Assembly: GCA_963753975.1 (NCBI GenBank)
Contig: CAVWEH010000001.1
Coordinates: forward strand, 256,001-320,000
Source of the DNA: an uncultured delta proteobacterium
GTDB taxonomy: Bacteria; Desulfobacterota; Syntrophia; Syntrophales; Smithellaceae
Reading direction: 5' to 3'
Length of the DNA: 64,000 nt
Part shown: piece after piece, positions 41,118 through 50,337 of the stretch
How the letters are laid out: every line of letters starts with the position of its first letter
Numbering within the stretch: the stretch's first letter is position 1
The notes under the pieces: model-generated
Told to the model about the DNA's origin: nothing
The model's database searches: none
What the model saw: the letters and a program-made list of their open reading frames with translations, nothing else
Made by a program: the position numbers and the translations under genes

Positions 41118-41399
41118 ATGAACAAATCCGATCTAATCGAAACTTTGAGCACGAAGCTCAATTTGACCGAAAAGAAAGCAATTGACGTTGTCAATCTTGT
41201 TTTCAAAGGTTTTACCGATGAACTAAAAAAAGGCGGCCGTATTGAAATCAGAGGTTTTGGCAGTTTTGTAGTGAAAAAGTATGGCGCTTACACGGGAAGA
41301 AACCCTAAAACGGGCGCTAAAATTCAAGTTGAACCCAAGAAATTGCCCTTCTTTAAAGTGGGGAAAGAATTAAAAGATAGAGTTGACAGAAAGAAATAG
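41118..41399 (+). CDS. ihfB: Integration host factor beta-like subunit
   Basis: RIEIRGFGSF, GRNPKTG, PFFKVGKELKDRV. Confidence 0.85.
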   Translation: MNKSDLIETLSTKLNLTEKKAIDVVNLVFKGFTDELKKGGRIEIRGFGSFVVKKYGAYTGRNPKTGAKIQVEPKKLPFFKVGKELKDRVDRKK

Positions 41400-41425
41400 C
41401 AATCCTTGCCTGCTTATATAAAATA

Positions 41426-41456
41426 AAAAAAGGGGACGTAAATAAAGTCCCCTTTT
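41426..41456. terminator. Bidirectional intrinsic terminator between convergent ihfB and sod
   Basis: AAAAGGGGAC-GTAAATAAA-GTCCCCTTTT. Confidence 0.75.
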
Positions 41457-41484
41457 AATCATTAATTGTCATCGTTCAATCAAA

Positions 41485-42078
41485 TTAGCCCAAGTTTCCG
41501 TTAACAAAATCCCAATTAATCAAATTTTGAATGACAGCAGAAAGATAATCCGGTCTTCTGTTTTGATAATCGAGGTAATAGGCATGTTCCCATACATCGA
41601 TAGTCAGGAGCGGTTTCTGGCCATGGGCAATGGGAGTATCAGCATTAGCTGTTTTTGTTATTTTTAATTGCTTTCCCTCCAAGACCAGCCAGGCCCAGCC
41701 ACTGCCAAATTGAGTGATTCCGGCGTTTTTCAGTTCTTCGGCAAATTTATCATAGGTTCCCCAAGTAGCGTTTATCTTGCCGCCAATTGTTCCGGTAGGT
41801 GTGCCCCCGCCTGATTTCTTCAGGCATTGCCAGTAGAAAGAATGATTCCAAACTTGAGCCGCATTGTTGAAGATGCCGGCCTTGGCCGGATCTTTGGCTG
41901 CGATCTTAATAATTTCTTCCAGTGGCTTTTCTTGAAGGTCGGTTCCGGCAATCAGCTTCACTAAGTTATCCACATAAGCTTTGTGATGCTTACCATAGTG
42001 GAAATCCAAAGTATTGGAGCTGATATAGGGCGCTAGCGCGTCTTTCCCGTAAGGCAGGTTTGGTAAATTTATAGCCAT
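41485..42078 (-). CDS. sodB: Superoxide dismutase (Fe type)
   Basis: FHYGKHH, FNNAAQVWNH, FGSGWAWL, DVWEHAYY. Confidence 0.92.
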   Translation of the reverse strand: MAINLPNLPYGKDALAPYISSNTLDFHYGKHHKAYVDNLVKLIAGTDLQEKPLEEIIKIAAKDPAKAGIFNNAAQVWNHSFYWQCLKKSGGGTPTGTIGGKINATWGTYDKFAEELKNAGITQFGSGWAWLVLEGKQLKITKTANADTPIAHGQKPLLTIDVWEHAYYLDYQNRRPDYLSAVIQNLINWDFVNGNLG

Positions 42079-42146
42079 CTTTTGTTCTCCTTTCTTCATT
42101 GTTTCTTTAATGTCTAAAATATAAGGCGCAATTCCGGAATGTCAAT

Positions 42147-42635
42147 CAATGAGACCCAAATTTCCAAAACGTAGTGAGTCCCAGATTTTAGAAGCGAAGC
42201 GCATAACCTAAAGGTCATCTACGACTGAAATCTGTTAGACGAACTATCCCGCAAAGCGGTGGAAGTGCATAACCTGAAGGCCACTGCCGCTGAAGTTTAC
42301 TGGACGTAATGAGACTCAAACTTTAAAAGCGAAGCGTATTAAAGTTTGTTAGTCGAATTATCCAATAGCTAAAGGCTATTGGAAATTATCCCCGAAGCGA
42401 AGCGTAGCGGGATGAGGAGACCAGTAAGCGCAGCTTATTGGGATCAGTACCTTGGTGTAGGTCGAATTAATGAAACTCAGGTATTGCAAGCGAAGTGCAG
42501 CAATATCTGCTAGCTGTAATGAGACTAAAACTTCAAAAGCAAATAACCTAAAGGTCACTATAGGCGCATTGAAGTTTTTTAGCCGAATTATCCAATAGCC
42601 AAAGGCTATTGGAAATTATCCCGCGCCAGTCGGGG
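42147..42635 (+). repeat. GA-mismatch hairpin element cluster C (largest, multiply nested)
   Basis: At least five TA(A/G)TGA-nnn..nnn-GAA(C/T)TA units, three TAACCT(A/G)AAGG inserts and two TCCAATAGC-AAAGGCTATTGGA hairpins. Confidence 0.88.
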
Positions 42636-42723
42636 TTGATCCTACCAGAGGTGGAATTGATCACGATTTTGAGGTATTAAGTTTTGGGTTCAGGGCTTGC
42701 ACAAACGGTTAATGCCCCTTACT

Positions 42724-43641
42724 TTAATCGGCAGTGTTATGCCCCATTCTATATTGGAGCCAATTTATATAAAAGAAAGTGACAATAGCGAATATTAATG
42801 AAGGAAGAGCGGCTTCCTTGCTAAAGATAATAAGTGCTATACCGCCGGAAAGCTCGTAATTTTTCATAGTTCCCAGAAGAAGAGAAGAAGTAATCTTTTT
42901 TTCAGCGATCTGAAAAAGCTTTCCAGTTTTTTCAATAGTCAGAGCTAACAAAAAAATGCCAATAACAGCAATGAAAACAATGGAAGAAAGGTCGTCCGGC
43001 CAATTCAAGAGTATATCCCTTCCGTTTGCCGTCAGGGAATAAAATACAATAAATAGACAACAATCGGTTATTATGTTTTCATATGGTTCAATGATTTTAT
43101 CCCATTCTTTTTCCACAATGAGTCGCGAAAGCGCCAGCGGCAGTATAATTAATTCGACTATCAGCAAAATAATACCCCAAAAATTAAAGGGAATATTTTT
43201 AAGAAAACCCAAGCCTATCAATGGTATAATTAAAATAGCGCCCAAATAAGCTCCCGCAAATCCGGCGTATGTCGAAGTAGCGTCGGCCCGGAATGATTTA
43301 CTCAAGGGCAATATGGCCACTGCGGGCGGTATAGCGGCAATCAGCACCATGCCTATCCAGAGGGCTTCGTCGAAAATAAAAAACATGCCGGTCAATATTA
43401 TCAAATTTCCCCAGAGAAGATAATTCATAACATTGCCGCGGATAGCCGAACTGATAAGTTTTTTGGGGCGGCGGAAAAAACCGCGCGGTATTTTCAAAGG
43501 TGTAATTGTCAGAATGACCGTGAGCGCGGGCAAGGTCAGCGCGGCGGCGACTACATTTGCCTGAGGTAAAAGAAAACCGCAAAGCACGGACGCGAGAAAA
43601 ACTATGTTGGAGCGGGAAACAAGATATTTGAAACGGGCCAT
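42724..43641 (-). CDS. Bile acid:sodium symporter-like membrane protein
   Basis: About 10 TM, MNY, AAIPPAVA, GTMKNY motifs. Confidence 0.6.
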   Translation of the reverse strand: MARFKYLVSRSNIVFLASVLCGFLLPQANVVAAALTLPALTVILTITPLKIPRGFFRRPKKLISSAIRGNVMNYLLWGNLIILTGMFFIFDEALWIGMVLIAAIPPAVAILPLSKSFRADATSTYAGFAGAYLGAILIIPLIGLGFLKNIPFNFWGIILLIVELIILPLALSRLIVEKEWDKIIEPYENIITDCCLFIVFYSLTANGRDILLNWPDDLSSIVFIAVIGIFLLALTIEKTGKLFQIAEKKITSSLLLGTMKNYELSGGIALIIFSKEAALPSLIFAIVTFFYINWLQYRMGHNTAD

Positions 43642-43645
43642 TATT

Positions 43646-44476
43646 TTACCTCTGAAAATGCAAGATTTTTTTAACTCCAAAAATAATCAAAAGGAAAGCT
43701 ACATTGCAGATTACTATAGTTCCTCCTGCCGGCAAGTTCAATAGAAAAGAAAAAATTATGCCGTTAACTACCGAGAGGATGGAAATAACGGCAGAGACAA
43801 TAATAGTTGTTTTAAAGCTGAAAGAAAACTGCAGCGCCGTAAGGGGGGGAATAATCATCAATGCCGAAACCAACATTATACCCGTAACTTTCATCGCTAA
43901 AACAGCGGCCACGGCAGTCAATAATAAAAGAATGATATTGATTCTGTTTGTCTTGATGCCCATGCTTTTGGCGAGTTCTTCGTCAAAAGTAACTGCAAAC
44001 AGGTCATTATAGAAAAAAATAACAGTACCAACTACAACTATAAAAACAATAAAAGACAGCAAAAGCTCCGTTGGAGTTACCGTGAGGATATTGCCAAAGA
44101 GGTAGCTTAATAAATCGACATTATAGCCTCCCGAGAGACTGGCCAGAATTATGCCTGCGGCAATTCCGACGGAAGAGACGATACCGATGGCTGCATCACC
44201 GTGAATACGTTTGTAGCGAGTCAGTTGAAGTATGGCCAGAGATGAAAGCATAACCAGAGGCAGGGCGGCCAACGTAACATAAACAGGGCTGAAACCAATT
44301 AATAATACGACTGCTACACTGCCAAAGGTAATGTGCCCAAGTCCGTCGCCAATCAAGGAAAGACGGCGCAAAACGAGAAATACCCCCAACACGGAAGAAA
44401 CGGCGGCAATGAGCATGCCGGCAAGCAAAGCTCGCTGAACGAATTCATATTGGAATATTTCCGAAAGCCCGATCAT
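43646..44476 (-). CDS. znuB: Zn ABC transporter permease
   Basis: LGVFLVLRRLSLIGDGLGH, YLFGNIL, TFDEELA. Confidence 0.85.
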   Translation of the reverse strand: MIGLSEIFQYEFVQRALLAGMLIAAVSSVLGVFLVLRRLSLIGDGLGHITFGSVAVVLLIGFSPVYVTLAALPLVMLSSLAILQLTRYKRIHGDAAIGIVSSVGIAAGIILASLSGGYNVDLLSYLFGNILTVTPTELLLSFIVFIVVVGTVIFFYNDLFAVTFDEELAKSMGIKTNRINIILLLLTAVAAVLAMKVTGIMLVSALMIIPPLTALQFSFSFKTTIIVSAVISILSVVNGIIFSFLLNLPAGGTIVICNVAFLLIIFGVKKILHFQR

Positions 44477-45216
44477 CGATTATTCTCCAATCCGTCATGC
44501 TGGTGGCAGATGATGTGTTGGCTCATTGACCCGAAAAGTTCCGTCATATCTGGTGAGGTGCAAAAATCTTCAAATGTTCCCGCAAAAATTATTTTCTTAT
44601 CGAGATAGAGAAGATTTCGGGCATATTTACCGATGAGTCCTATATCATGGGTAATAAGAACGATCGTTGTGCCGTGAACTCGATTCAATTCGTGGGTCAG
44701 CGAGTAAAAAATATTCCTTGTCTCGGGATCGAGAGCGGTTGTCGGTTCATCGAAAACAAGTAGTTCCGGCCGCCCGATCAGTGCATGCGCCAGCATTGCC
44801 CGTTGCTGTTCGCCGTAAGAGAGCTCGCCGATCAGGCGGGAAGAAAGATGCCTAATTCCCATAAGCTGAAGAACCTGTTCCAAATTTTGCGCGTTCTTAT
44901 TGGGCAGTCCCAGTTGAACTATTTCTTCAACCTTGCCGGGGAAATGTGTGTTTAAGGCATTTAACTTCTGGGGCAGATAACCGATTTTACTCCACTGACG
45001 AAAAGAAGAGAGTGGCTGTCCGAAAAGACTGATAGAACCTTTCTGCGGCTGCAGGATGCCCAGAATATTTTTAACCAGAGTGCTTTTTCCTGAACCGTTT
45101 GGTCCCGCAATGCCCACATAATCGCCTTTTTTTACGGTAAAGGAAATGTCGCTCAGGACTTCCACTCCGTTGAAACAGAAGGTTAGATTTTCGATGCCGA
45201 TCAAGTTTACGGACAT
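44473..45216 (-). CDS. znuC: Zn ABC transporter ATPase
   Basis: GPNGSGKST, LSYGEQQR, FDEP, C-terminal His/Cys tail. Confidence 0.85.
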   Translation of the reverse strand: MSVNLIGIENLTFCFNGVEVLSDISFTVKKGDYVGIAGPNGSGKSTLVKNILGILQPQKGSISLFGQPLSSFRQWSKIGYLPQKLNALNTHFPGKVEEIVQLGLPNKNAQNLEQVLQLMGIRHLSSRLIGELSYGEQQRAMLAHALIGRPELLVFDEPTTALDPETRNIFYSLTHELNRVHGTTIVLITHDIGLIGKYARNLLYLDKKIIFAGTFEDFCTSPDMTELFGSMSQHIICHQHDGLENNR

Positions 45217-46145
45217 AACAATCCCCTTTTTAAATTTTTTAAATTCTCTTCCATCAGCGAGAGAAAGGTTACTCCTTTTTTCAGATCATCCTTGCTTATA
45301 TCGTGGCCATTGTTGAGTTGGAGCAAACGCGCCCCTGTTTCTTTAGCAATCGTTTGCGCTAGGCGTGGAGCAGTCAGGTTTTCATAAAAAATGTAACGAA
45401 TTTTTTGTTTTTTTATCTGTTCGATCAGAGTAAAAATATTTTGCGGCAGAGGTTCGGATTCTGCCGATGCATTATAAGCGGCAACATATTTTAAATTATA
45501 TCTTTTGACCAAATAAGCAAAAGCCCAATGTCCGGCGTGAAAAATTGTTTTGTTCCGGCATTTGGCCAGTTCAGTGTTATATCTTCGATCCAGGAGAGCC
45601 AATTTCAATTTGTATTCGGCGGCGTTTTTTAAATAATAGTCGCTGTTGCGCTGATCCTTTTGGACGAATGACTTGGCAATATTATCCACAATTTTTTGAG
45701 CATTATCAAAATCCAGCCAGATGTGCGGATCGAACTTGTACTCTTTATTTTCCTGGTCTTCTTCATTGAGCGGCAGTAAGAAAATGCCTGCGCCTGTTTC
45801 CACCGCCAGCATATTTGTATTTTCCGCCGCCCCCTGAATGATTTTATAAGCCCATTGTTCCATTTCAAAGTTGGTAAAAAGAAAAATATCGCTTTTAGAC
45901 ACCTTAATTATATCATCGGGTTTCAATTCGTAATGGTGGGCGTCGGTTGCCGGCGGCAAGAGCATGGTTACATTGATTTTGTCCCCGCCGATAATCCGGG
46001 CGAAATCATAAAGAGGGAAAATCGTGGCTATTACCTTTAATTTATTATTTGCTGGGCCTGTTTCTCTTGCGGGCTGACAGGATAAAATAATTGACGAAAC
46101 GAGAAGAAGAAAAACAAATATATTTTTTGAAGACATAATCTTCAC
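45207..46145 (-). CDS. znuA: Zn ABC transporter substrate-binding lipoprotein
   Basis: Lipobox ILSC, DAHHYE, DPHIWLD, H.AFAYL. Confidence 0.85.
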   Translation of the reverse strand: MKIMSSKNIFVFLLLVSSIILSCQPARETGPANNKLKVIATIFPLYDFARIIGGDKINVTMLLPPATDAHHYELKPDDIIKVSKSDIFLFTNFEMEQWAYKIIQGAAENTNMLAVETGAGIFLLPLNEEDQENKEYKFDPHIWLDFDNAQKIVDNIAKSFVQKDQRNSDYYLKNAAEYKLKLALLDRRYNTELAKCRNKTIFHAGHWAFAYLVKRYNLKYVAAYNASAESEPLPQNIFTLIEQIKKQKIRYIFYENLTAPRLAQTIAKETGARLLQLNNGHDISKDDLKKGVTFLSLMEENLKNLKRGLLCP

Positions 46146-46606
46146 CCTTGTTTATTTAGCTGCTTTCGCAACTTGGTTGCATTTCTGCATGCGGCACAAA
46201 GGCCGGATATATTGATTTCGATGTGGTCAATGCTGTAATCATCTTTCCCGGAAATTAGCTGGCGCGCCTGGGAAAAAGTCAGAGGTTCCATGCAGCTCAA
46301 CTCTCCGCAGTTGCGGCAGTTAAAATGAGGATGCACGGGATTCTCCAGGGAAGCCATTTCAAAATAATTAGTGCCGCCGGACGAAGCTATTTCACGCGCA
46401 ATACCATGCTGTTTAAAGAGCGACAGAATACGGTAAATTGTCACTCTATCAATGCGTACTCTGGCTGCCAGTTCCTGACTTATATCGCGTACGCTTAATG
46501 GCGCTTCCGCTTTGAACAATAAGGTTAAAACAGCAATACGTTGCGGCGTTTTGGAGAGTGCTGCTTTTTGTAAAGTAAGCAAGGCATCTTTATATTTTTC
46601 ATTCAT
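46142..46606 (-). CDS. Fur-family transcriptional regulator (Zur-like)
   Basis: TPQRIAVL, TIYRIL..F, HPHFNCRNCG, GLCAAC; heads a znu operon. Confidence 0.88.
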   Translation of the reverse strand: MNEKYKDALLTLQKAALSKTPQRIAVLTLLFKAEAPLSVRDISQELAARVRIDRVTIYRILSLFKQHGIAREIASSGGTNYFEMASLENPVHPHFNCRNCGELSCMEPLTFSQARQLISGKDDYSIDHIEINISGLCAACRNATKLRKQLNKQG

Positions 46607-46620
46607 GGCTGATCTTTATC

Positions 46621-46649
46621 AATAATGCAACACAGTTGCAACAATTATT
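46621..46649. promoter_or_regulatory. Palindromic operator candidate for the Fur-family regulator
   Basis: TGCAAC-ACA-GTTGCA (46626-46640) flanked by AATAAT/ATTATT, 20 bp upstream of the regulator start. Confidence 0.6.
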
Positions 46650-46732
46650 TTTGGCTATCAACCGGATTTGTGCTATAAATAGCGGCCAAATACCGCATAA
46701 ATAATCAGAGAAACAGGAAAGGAGGATGGTTT

Positions 46733-47278
46733 ATGAAACCAATTGGGCCGTTGATGTGGGAACATAGATTGATTGAAAAAATGCTGGGCCAGGTGATGCG
46801 CCATATCGATCAAGCCGAAAAAAGCGGGAAAATTAATCCCCTGGTAATAGATATAGCTGTCGATTTTATCCGTACCTACGCTGATCGCACCCACCATGGG
46901 AAGGAAGAAGAAATTCTCTTTCGGGATCTGACCAAGAAAAATCTTACGCCGGAATTGAAGAAAACAATGCAGGGGCTCTTTGACGACCACATGTGGGCGC
47001 GCAAGACAACGGGAGCGCTGGTGGCAGCCAAAGAAAAATACTTGCAGCGGGGCGACAAAGAAAAGCTTGCCGGGATAATAGACCTCGCGCGGCAGCTAGG
47101 CGTTTTTTACCCGAAGCACATCGAAAAGGAAGATAAACATTTCTTTTTCCCCTGCCAGGAATATTTCACCAAAGACGAGCAGGGAAAGATGCTGGCCGAA
47201 TTTTGGGAATTCGACCGCAAAATGATTCACGAAAAATACAATAAAGTCGTTGAGGAATACTCCGGGCTCAGCCTCTAG
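46733..47278 (+). CDS. Hemerythrin domain protein
   Basis: L..EH, HHGKEE..LF, DH, HIEKED..FF. Confidence 0.85.
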   Translation: MKPIGPLMWEHRLIEKMLGQVMRHIDQAEKSGKINPLVIDIAVDFIRTYADRTHHGKEEEILFRDLTKKNLTPELKKTMQGLFDDHMWARKTTGALVAAKEKYLQRGDKEKLAGIIDLARQLGVFYPKHIEKEDKHFFFPCQEYFTKDEQGKMLAEFWEFDRKMIHEKYNKVVEEYSGLSL

Positions 47279-47928
47279 TATTTCCAGCCCAAAAATCCGA
47301 AAGCGAGTATATTCATCAAAACCGGCACGGCGTAAATGATTCCCACGGTGATAATTTTAGTTTTCAGCTTTTTTAAGCTGATCACTAAAATCGCCCAGCA
47401 GAAGAATTGGAAGTAGCCGATAAGAAAGATCAGCCAGATACCCTTAAAAGATAAGTTCCAGAAAGGGTATTCCCAGACGAGAAGTCCGCCGATATTCAAA
47501 AGGCATTCGATGAATACGCAAAAAGCGCTGTAACCGATAGCCCAAAACCATTTTTCCGGCAGGCCGAGAATCTTCTCTTTTTTACTTTTCGAAAGAGTGT
47601 GATAGTAGATAATTCCCAGAAGCAGAAACATGAACATTATTTCGATGTTCCAACCCACCAGCGTCCGGAGCGCCGTATCTCCCGGAGTTGTCCAGAGAGC
47701 GGAACGTTGGGTAAGATACATCACCCAGCTGTTCCATGTTTCATTGAAGAAATCCGCGCCGAAAATCGCAAGACCCGCGAAGACGGCATCCCAGTTTTTA
47801 GATTGGCGCGCCTCCTTTATTTCCCGAGTGTAAACATAAAAGACAAAAGCTAAAAGAGGGATTATATACCACTTAAGCATGGTAAGATCTCTCAGACCGT
47901 TTAAGGCTTGTTGGGTTGCTGGCGTCAT
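47275..47928 (-). CDS. Hypothetical integral membrane protein
   Basis: GGAGG RBS, about 6 TM segments, DFFNETWN and GWNIEI motifs. Confidence 0.7.
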   Translation of the reverse strand: MTPATQQALNGLRDLTMLKWYIIPLLAFVFYVYTREIKEARQSKNWDAVFAGLAIFGADFFNETWNSWVMYLTQRSALWTTPGDTALRTLVGWNIEIMFMFLLLGIIYYHTLSKSKKEKILGLPEKWFWAIGYSAFCVFIECLLNIGGLLVWEYPFWNLSFKGIWLIFLIGYFQFFCWAILVISLKKLKTKIITVGIIYAVPVLMNILAFGFLGWKY

Positions 47929-47970
47929 ATAACCTCCTTCTCGATGTTTTGGTTACAAAATGTCTGCTGG

Positions 47971-48076
47971 TGAATTCGGTAGCGAGCTCATTCCCCGTTG
48001 CTTGCTGCGGGGGTAAGCGAGCGCATACTGTCCTTAAGAATCGAAGATTATCCGCAACTTGCCGCGGAGAGCTTCA
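47971..48076. repeat. Non-autonomous palindromic element with two CCCCGCAGCAAGCTGCGGGG-type hairpins
   Basis: TTCCCCGTTGCTTGCTGCGGGGG and TCCGCAACTTGCCGCGGA hairpins; TGAA/TTCA ends; related remnant near 15018. Confidence 0.6.
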
Positions 48077-48202
48077 ATCTTCTTATCAGGCAATAAAATA
48101 TTTATACAGTTGAATTATACTATAACGTCATATAAACAAAAAGACAAAAATTTGTTAATTTCAGCGCTGGATTTTTATAGAGAATGTGTTTAAATAAGCT
48201 TG

Positions 48203-48307
48203 CCCCGTTAGAAATGTTGAAATTATTATATACCTGCTATGATTTGTCAGCCGCGACTTTGATTAAAAAATAAAGATTAGCCCCAAGTTATTACATTTCT
48301 AACGGGG
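48203..48307. mobile_element. CCCCGTTAGA-type inverted-end element, copy 1
   Basis: Perfect 15-bp inverted ends CCCCGTTAGAAATGT / ACATTTCTAACGGGG. Confidence 0.75.
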
Positions 48308-48324
48308 TGAAGGAGAAATGAACT

Positions 48325-49326
48325 TTGATTCTTACCGGTAAATTGAAAATTGCCCTGCTGATTTTGCTTACCATTTTTATAGTCGGCACTGTCGGTTTTC
48401 ATTTTATTGAAAAATGGAGTCTTGTCGACTCTTTTTACGTCACAATTACTACTTTATCGACTGTCGGCTACGGTGATTTCGTACCGCAAACGGTGGAAGG
48501 TAAATTTTTTGCAGTTTTTATAATTATTTTCGGCGTAGGCACGATGCTTTATTCATTCGGCCTGATTTCGGAAACAGTAATCGAGGGCCGCTTGCGCGGT
48601 TTATTGGGGAGGGGTAAATTGGAAAAAATAATCGAAAAAATGAATAATCATTATATCATTTGCGGTTGCGGCCGTATCGGTCTTTTGATTTGCCGTGAAT
48701 TGACCGCGGAAAAAGTGTCTTGCCTCGTTATCGATAACAATCCCGAGGTGATTCAGAAGGCACACGATGAAGGATTTATTTACTGCAAAGGGGATGCGAC
48801 CCAGGATAAAACTTTAATCGAAGCGGGAATCAAGCGGGCCAAGGGTATCGTGTGCGTGCTCCCGTCGGATGCAGAAAATCTCTACGTTATCTTGACTGCG
48901 AAGGAACTCAACCATAATATATATATAATGTCGCGTTCCGAAGACGAAGCATCGGAGCACAGGCTTGTCCGGGCGGGAGCCGATAGAGTTATTTCTCCCT
49001 ATAAGCTGGGAGGGGTCAGGATGGCCATGGCCATTTTACGTCCGGCCATGCTGGATTTTATCGAAATAACGAGCCGCAGACAAAGTCTGGAGCTGCGCAT
49101 GGAAGAAATTCCCATTACGCCGGGCTCACAGTTTATCGGCAAGTCGCTGGAAAATTCGGGAATCCGTCAGGACTACGGGCTGATTATTATCACGGTAAAG
49201 AAAGATTCGGGAAAGATGATTTTCAATCCGCAGGCCGACTATGTTATTGCCGAAGGCGACAGATTGATAGCGATGGGTGAGGATGAGAATGTAAAGAAGC
49301 TGATCAAAGCATCTTTACCCCGTTAA
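48325..49326 (+). CDS. Potassium channel protein with TrkA-N/TrkA-C (RCK) domains
   Basis: TVGYGD selectivity filter, ICGCGRIG, GDAT, FNP..D..I..GD. Confidence 0.92.
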   Translation: MILTGKLKIALLILLTIFIVGTVGFHFIEKWSLVDSFYVTITTLSTVGYGDFVPQTVEGKFFAVFIIIFGVGTMLYSFGLISETVIEGRLRGLLGRGKLEKIIEKMNNHYIICGCGRIGLLICRELTAEKVSCLVIDNNPEVIQKAHDEGFIYCKGDATQDKTLIEAGIKRAKGIVCVLPSDAENLYVILTAKELNHNIYIMSRSEDEASEHRLVRAGADRVISPYKLGGVRMAMAILRPAMLDFIEITSRRQSLELRMEEIPITPGSQFIGKSLENSGIRQDYGLIIITVKKDSGKMIFNPQADYVIAEGDRLIAMGEDENVKKLIKASLPR

Positions 49327-49415
49327 AAATTAAATGGCTTATGCTGCACCATGTATATTTTTTGAGAAGTACTAATAACAGGAAAGTTTATAGTATAAAA
49401 TGATTTCTAACGGGG
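49318..49415. mobile_element. CCCCGTTAGA-type inverted-end element, copy 2
   Basis: CCCCGTTAAAAAT ... ATTTCTAACGGGG; the left end contains the K+ channel stop codon. Confidence 0.7.
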
Positions 49416-49423
49416 AGGAAAAT

Positions 49424-50125
49424 ATGAAAAATAATTATTTGTTTATTCTGAAGAGAAGCGCGCTGCTTGTTTTGTTGATAGCTTTCAGTTTGGGTATATT
49501 AGATTGTGGACCTGTTCTCAGCATTTACAGTGTCAATATGCAGTATGACGCGGCCAAGGCAGTTATTCCGGCAGATTTGAAGGCCGGAGAAAAAATGCGC
49601 GACGCCGTAATTACCATCGCGGAATTTACTGATACACGCCAGGTGGATGATAAAAAAATACTCGGCCGGGTGACGGAGAGAGACGGCGTGAAAGCTCTTG
49701 TATTTCCGAAGTATGTTATACCCACGAAAGCCGTTGCTTACGGCATCAAAGATTATTTGACAAAAGCGGGTTATAAGGTTGCCGATAAGATTGCCCAGTG
49801 GGATCTAAAAGAAGAAACGATCCCGAAGGGATCCGGCAAAGTTCTGATAGGCGGGAACATTGAAGAGCTCGAAGCATCCTGCGAGCGCGGTGTTTTTGCG
49901 AACTCTTATAAGATCAGTTTGAAGCTGACCATTGTTTTTGCGGATCCGGCTAAAGGCAAGATATTATATAAAAGCAAAGTGGAGAGCTTGCTTTCCCGGG
50001 ATGATGTTTCCTTTTCCGAACAGTGGTTCGGAGATCAGGCAAGTAGTGTTCTGGGCGACGCCATTGAAAAAGTATTTCAGGAAAAGGCTGTAGCGCAAAA
50101 GATAAAAGAAGCTTTATCCCGGTAG
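49424..50125 (+). CDS. Putative lipoprotein/exported protein (YajG-like)
   Basis: Hydrophobic signal segment followed by Cys; FTDTR motif; GGAGG RBS. Confidence 0.6.
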   Translation: MKNNYLFILKRSALLVLLIAFSLGILDCGPVLSIYSVNMQYDAAKAVIPADLKAGEKMRDAVITIAEFTDTRQVDDKKILGRVTERDGVKALVFPKYVIPTKAVAYGIKDYLTKAGYKVADKIAQWDLKEETIPKGSGKVLIGGNIEELEASCERGVFANSYKISLKLTIVFADPAKGKILYKSKVESLLSRDDVSFSEQWFGDQASSVLGDAIEKVFQEKAVAQKIKEALSR

Positions 50126-50130
50126 ATTAA

Positions 50131-50232
50131 CCCCGTTAGAGATTAATGAACGTACGGGGATTATACTCAGCAAATTTTTTGGGATGATAAATCGTGAGGG
50201 CTATACAATTTCGGCAGTAATTTCTAACGGGG
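50131..50232. mobile_element. CCCCGTTAGA-type inverted-end element, copy 3
   Basis: CCCCGTTAGAGATTA ... TAATTTCTAACGGGG. Confidence 0.75.
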
Positions 50233-50245
50233 TGAACGAGGTTCA

Positions 50246-50337
50246 CCCCGTTTAGAAATTAGATAACTTAAAGCCTCGGAACCTCGAAAATCTCCTCAGG
50301 AGTTATGTTTCTATGAATAGAAAAATTTCTAACGGGG
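50246..50337. mobile_element. CCCCGTTAGA-type inverted-end element, copy 4
   Basis: CCCCGTTTAGAAATT ... AATTTCTAACGGGG; its interior is homologous to 53457-53547. Confidence 0.8.

Noticed and set aside
42147..42635. CRISPR array
   Set aside because: There is no constant repeat with regular unique spacers, the units are nested and covary, and no cas genes are present.
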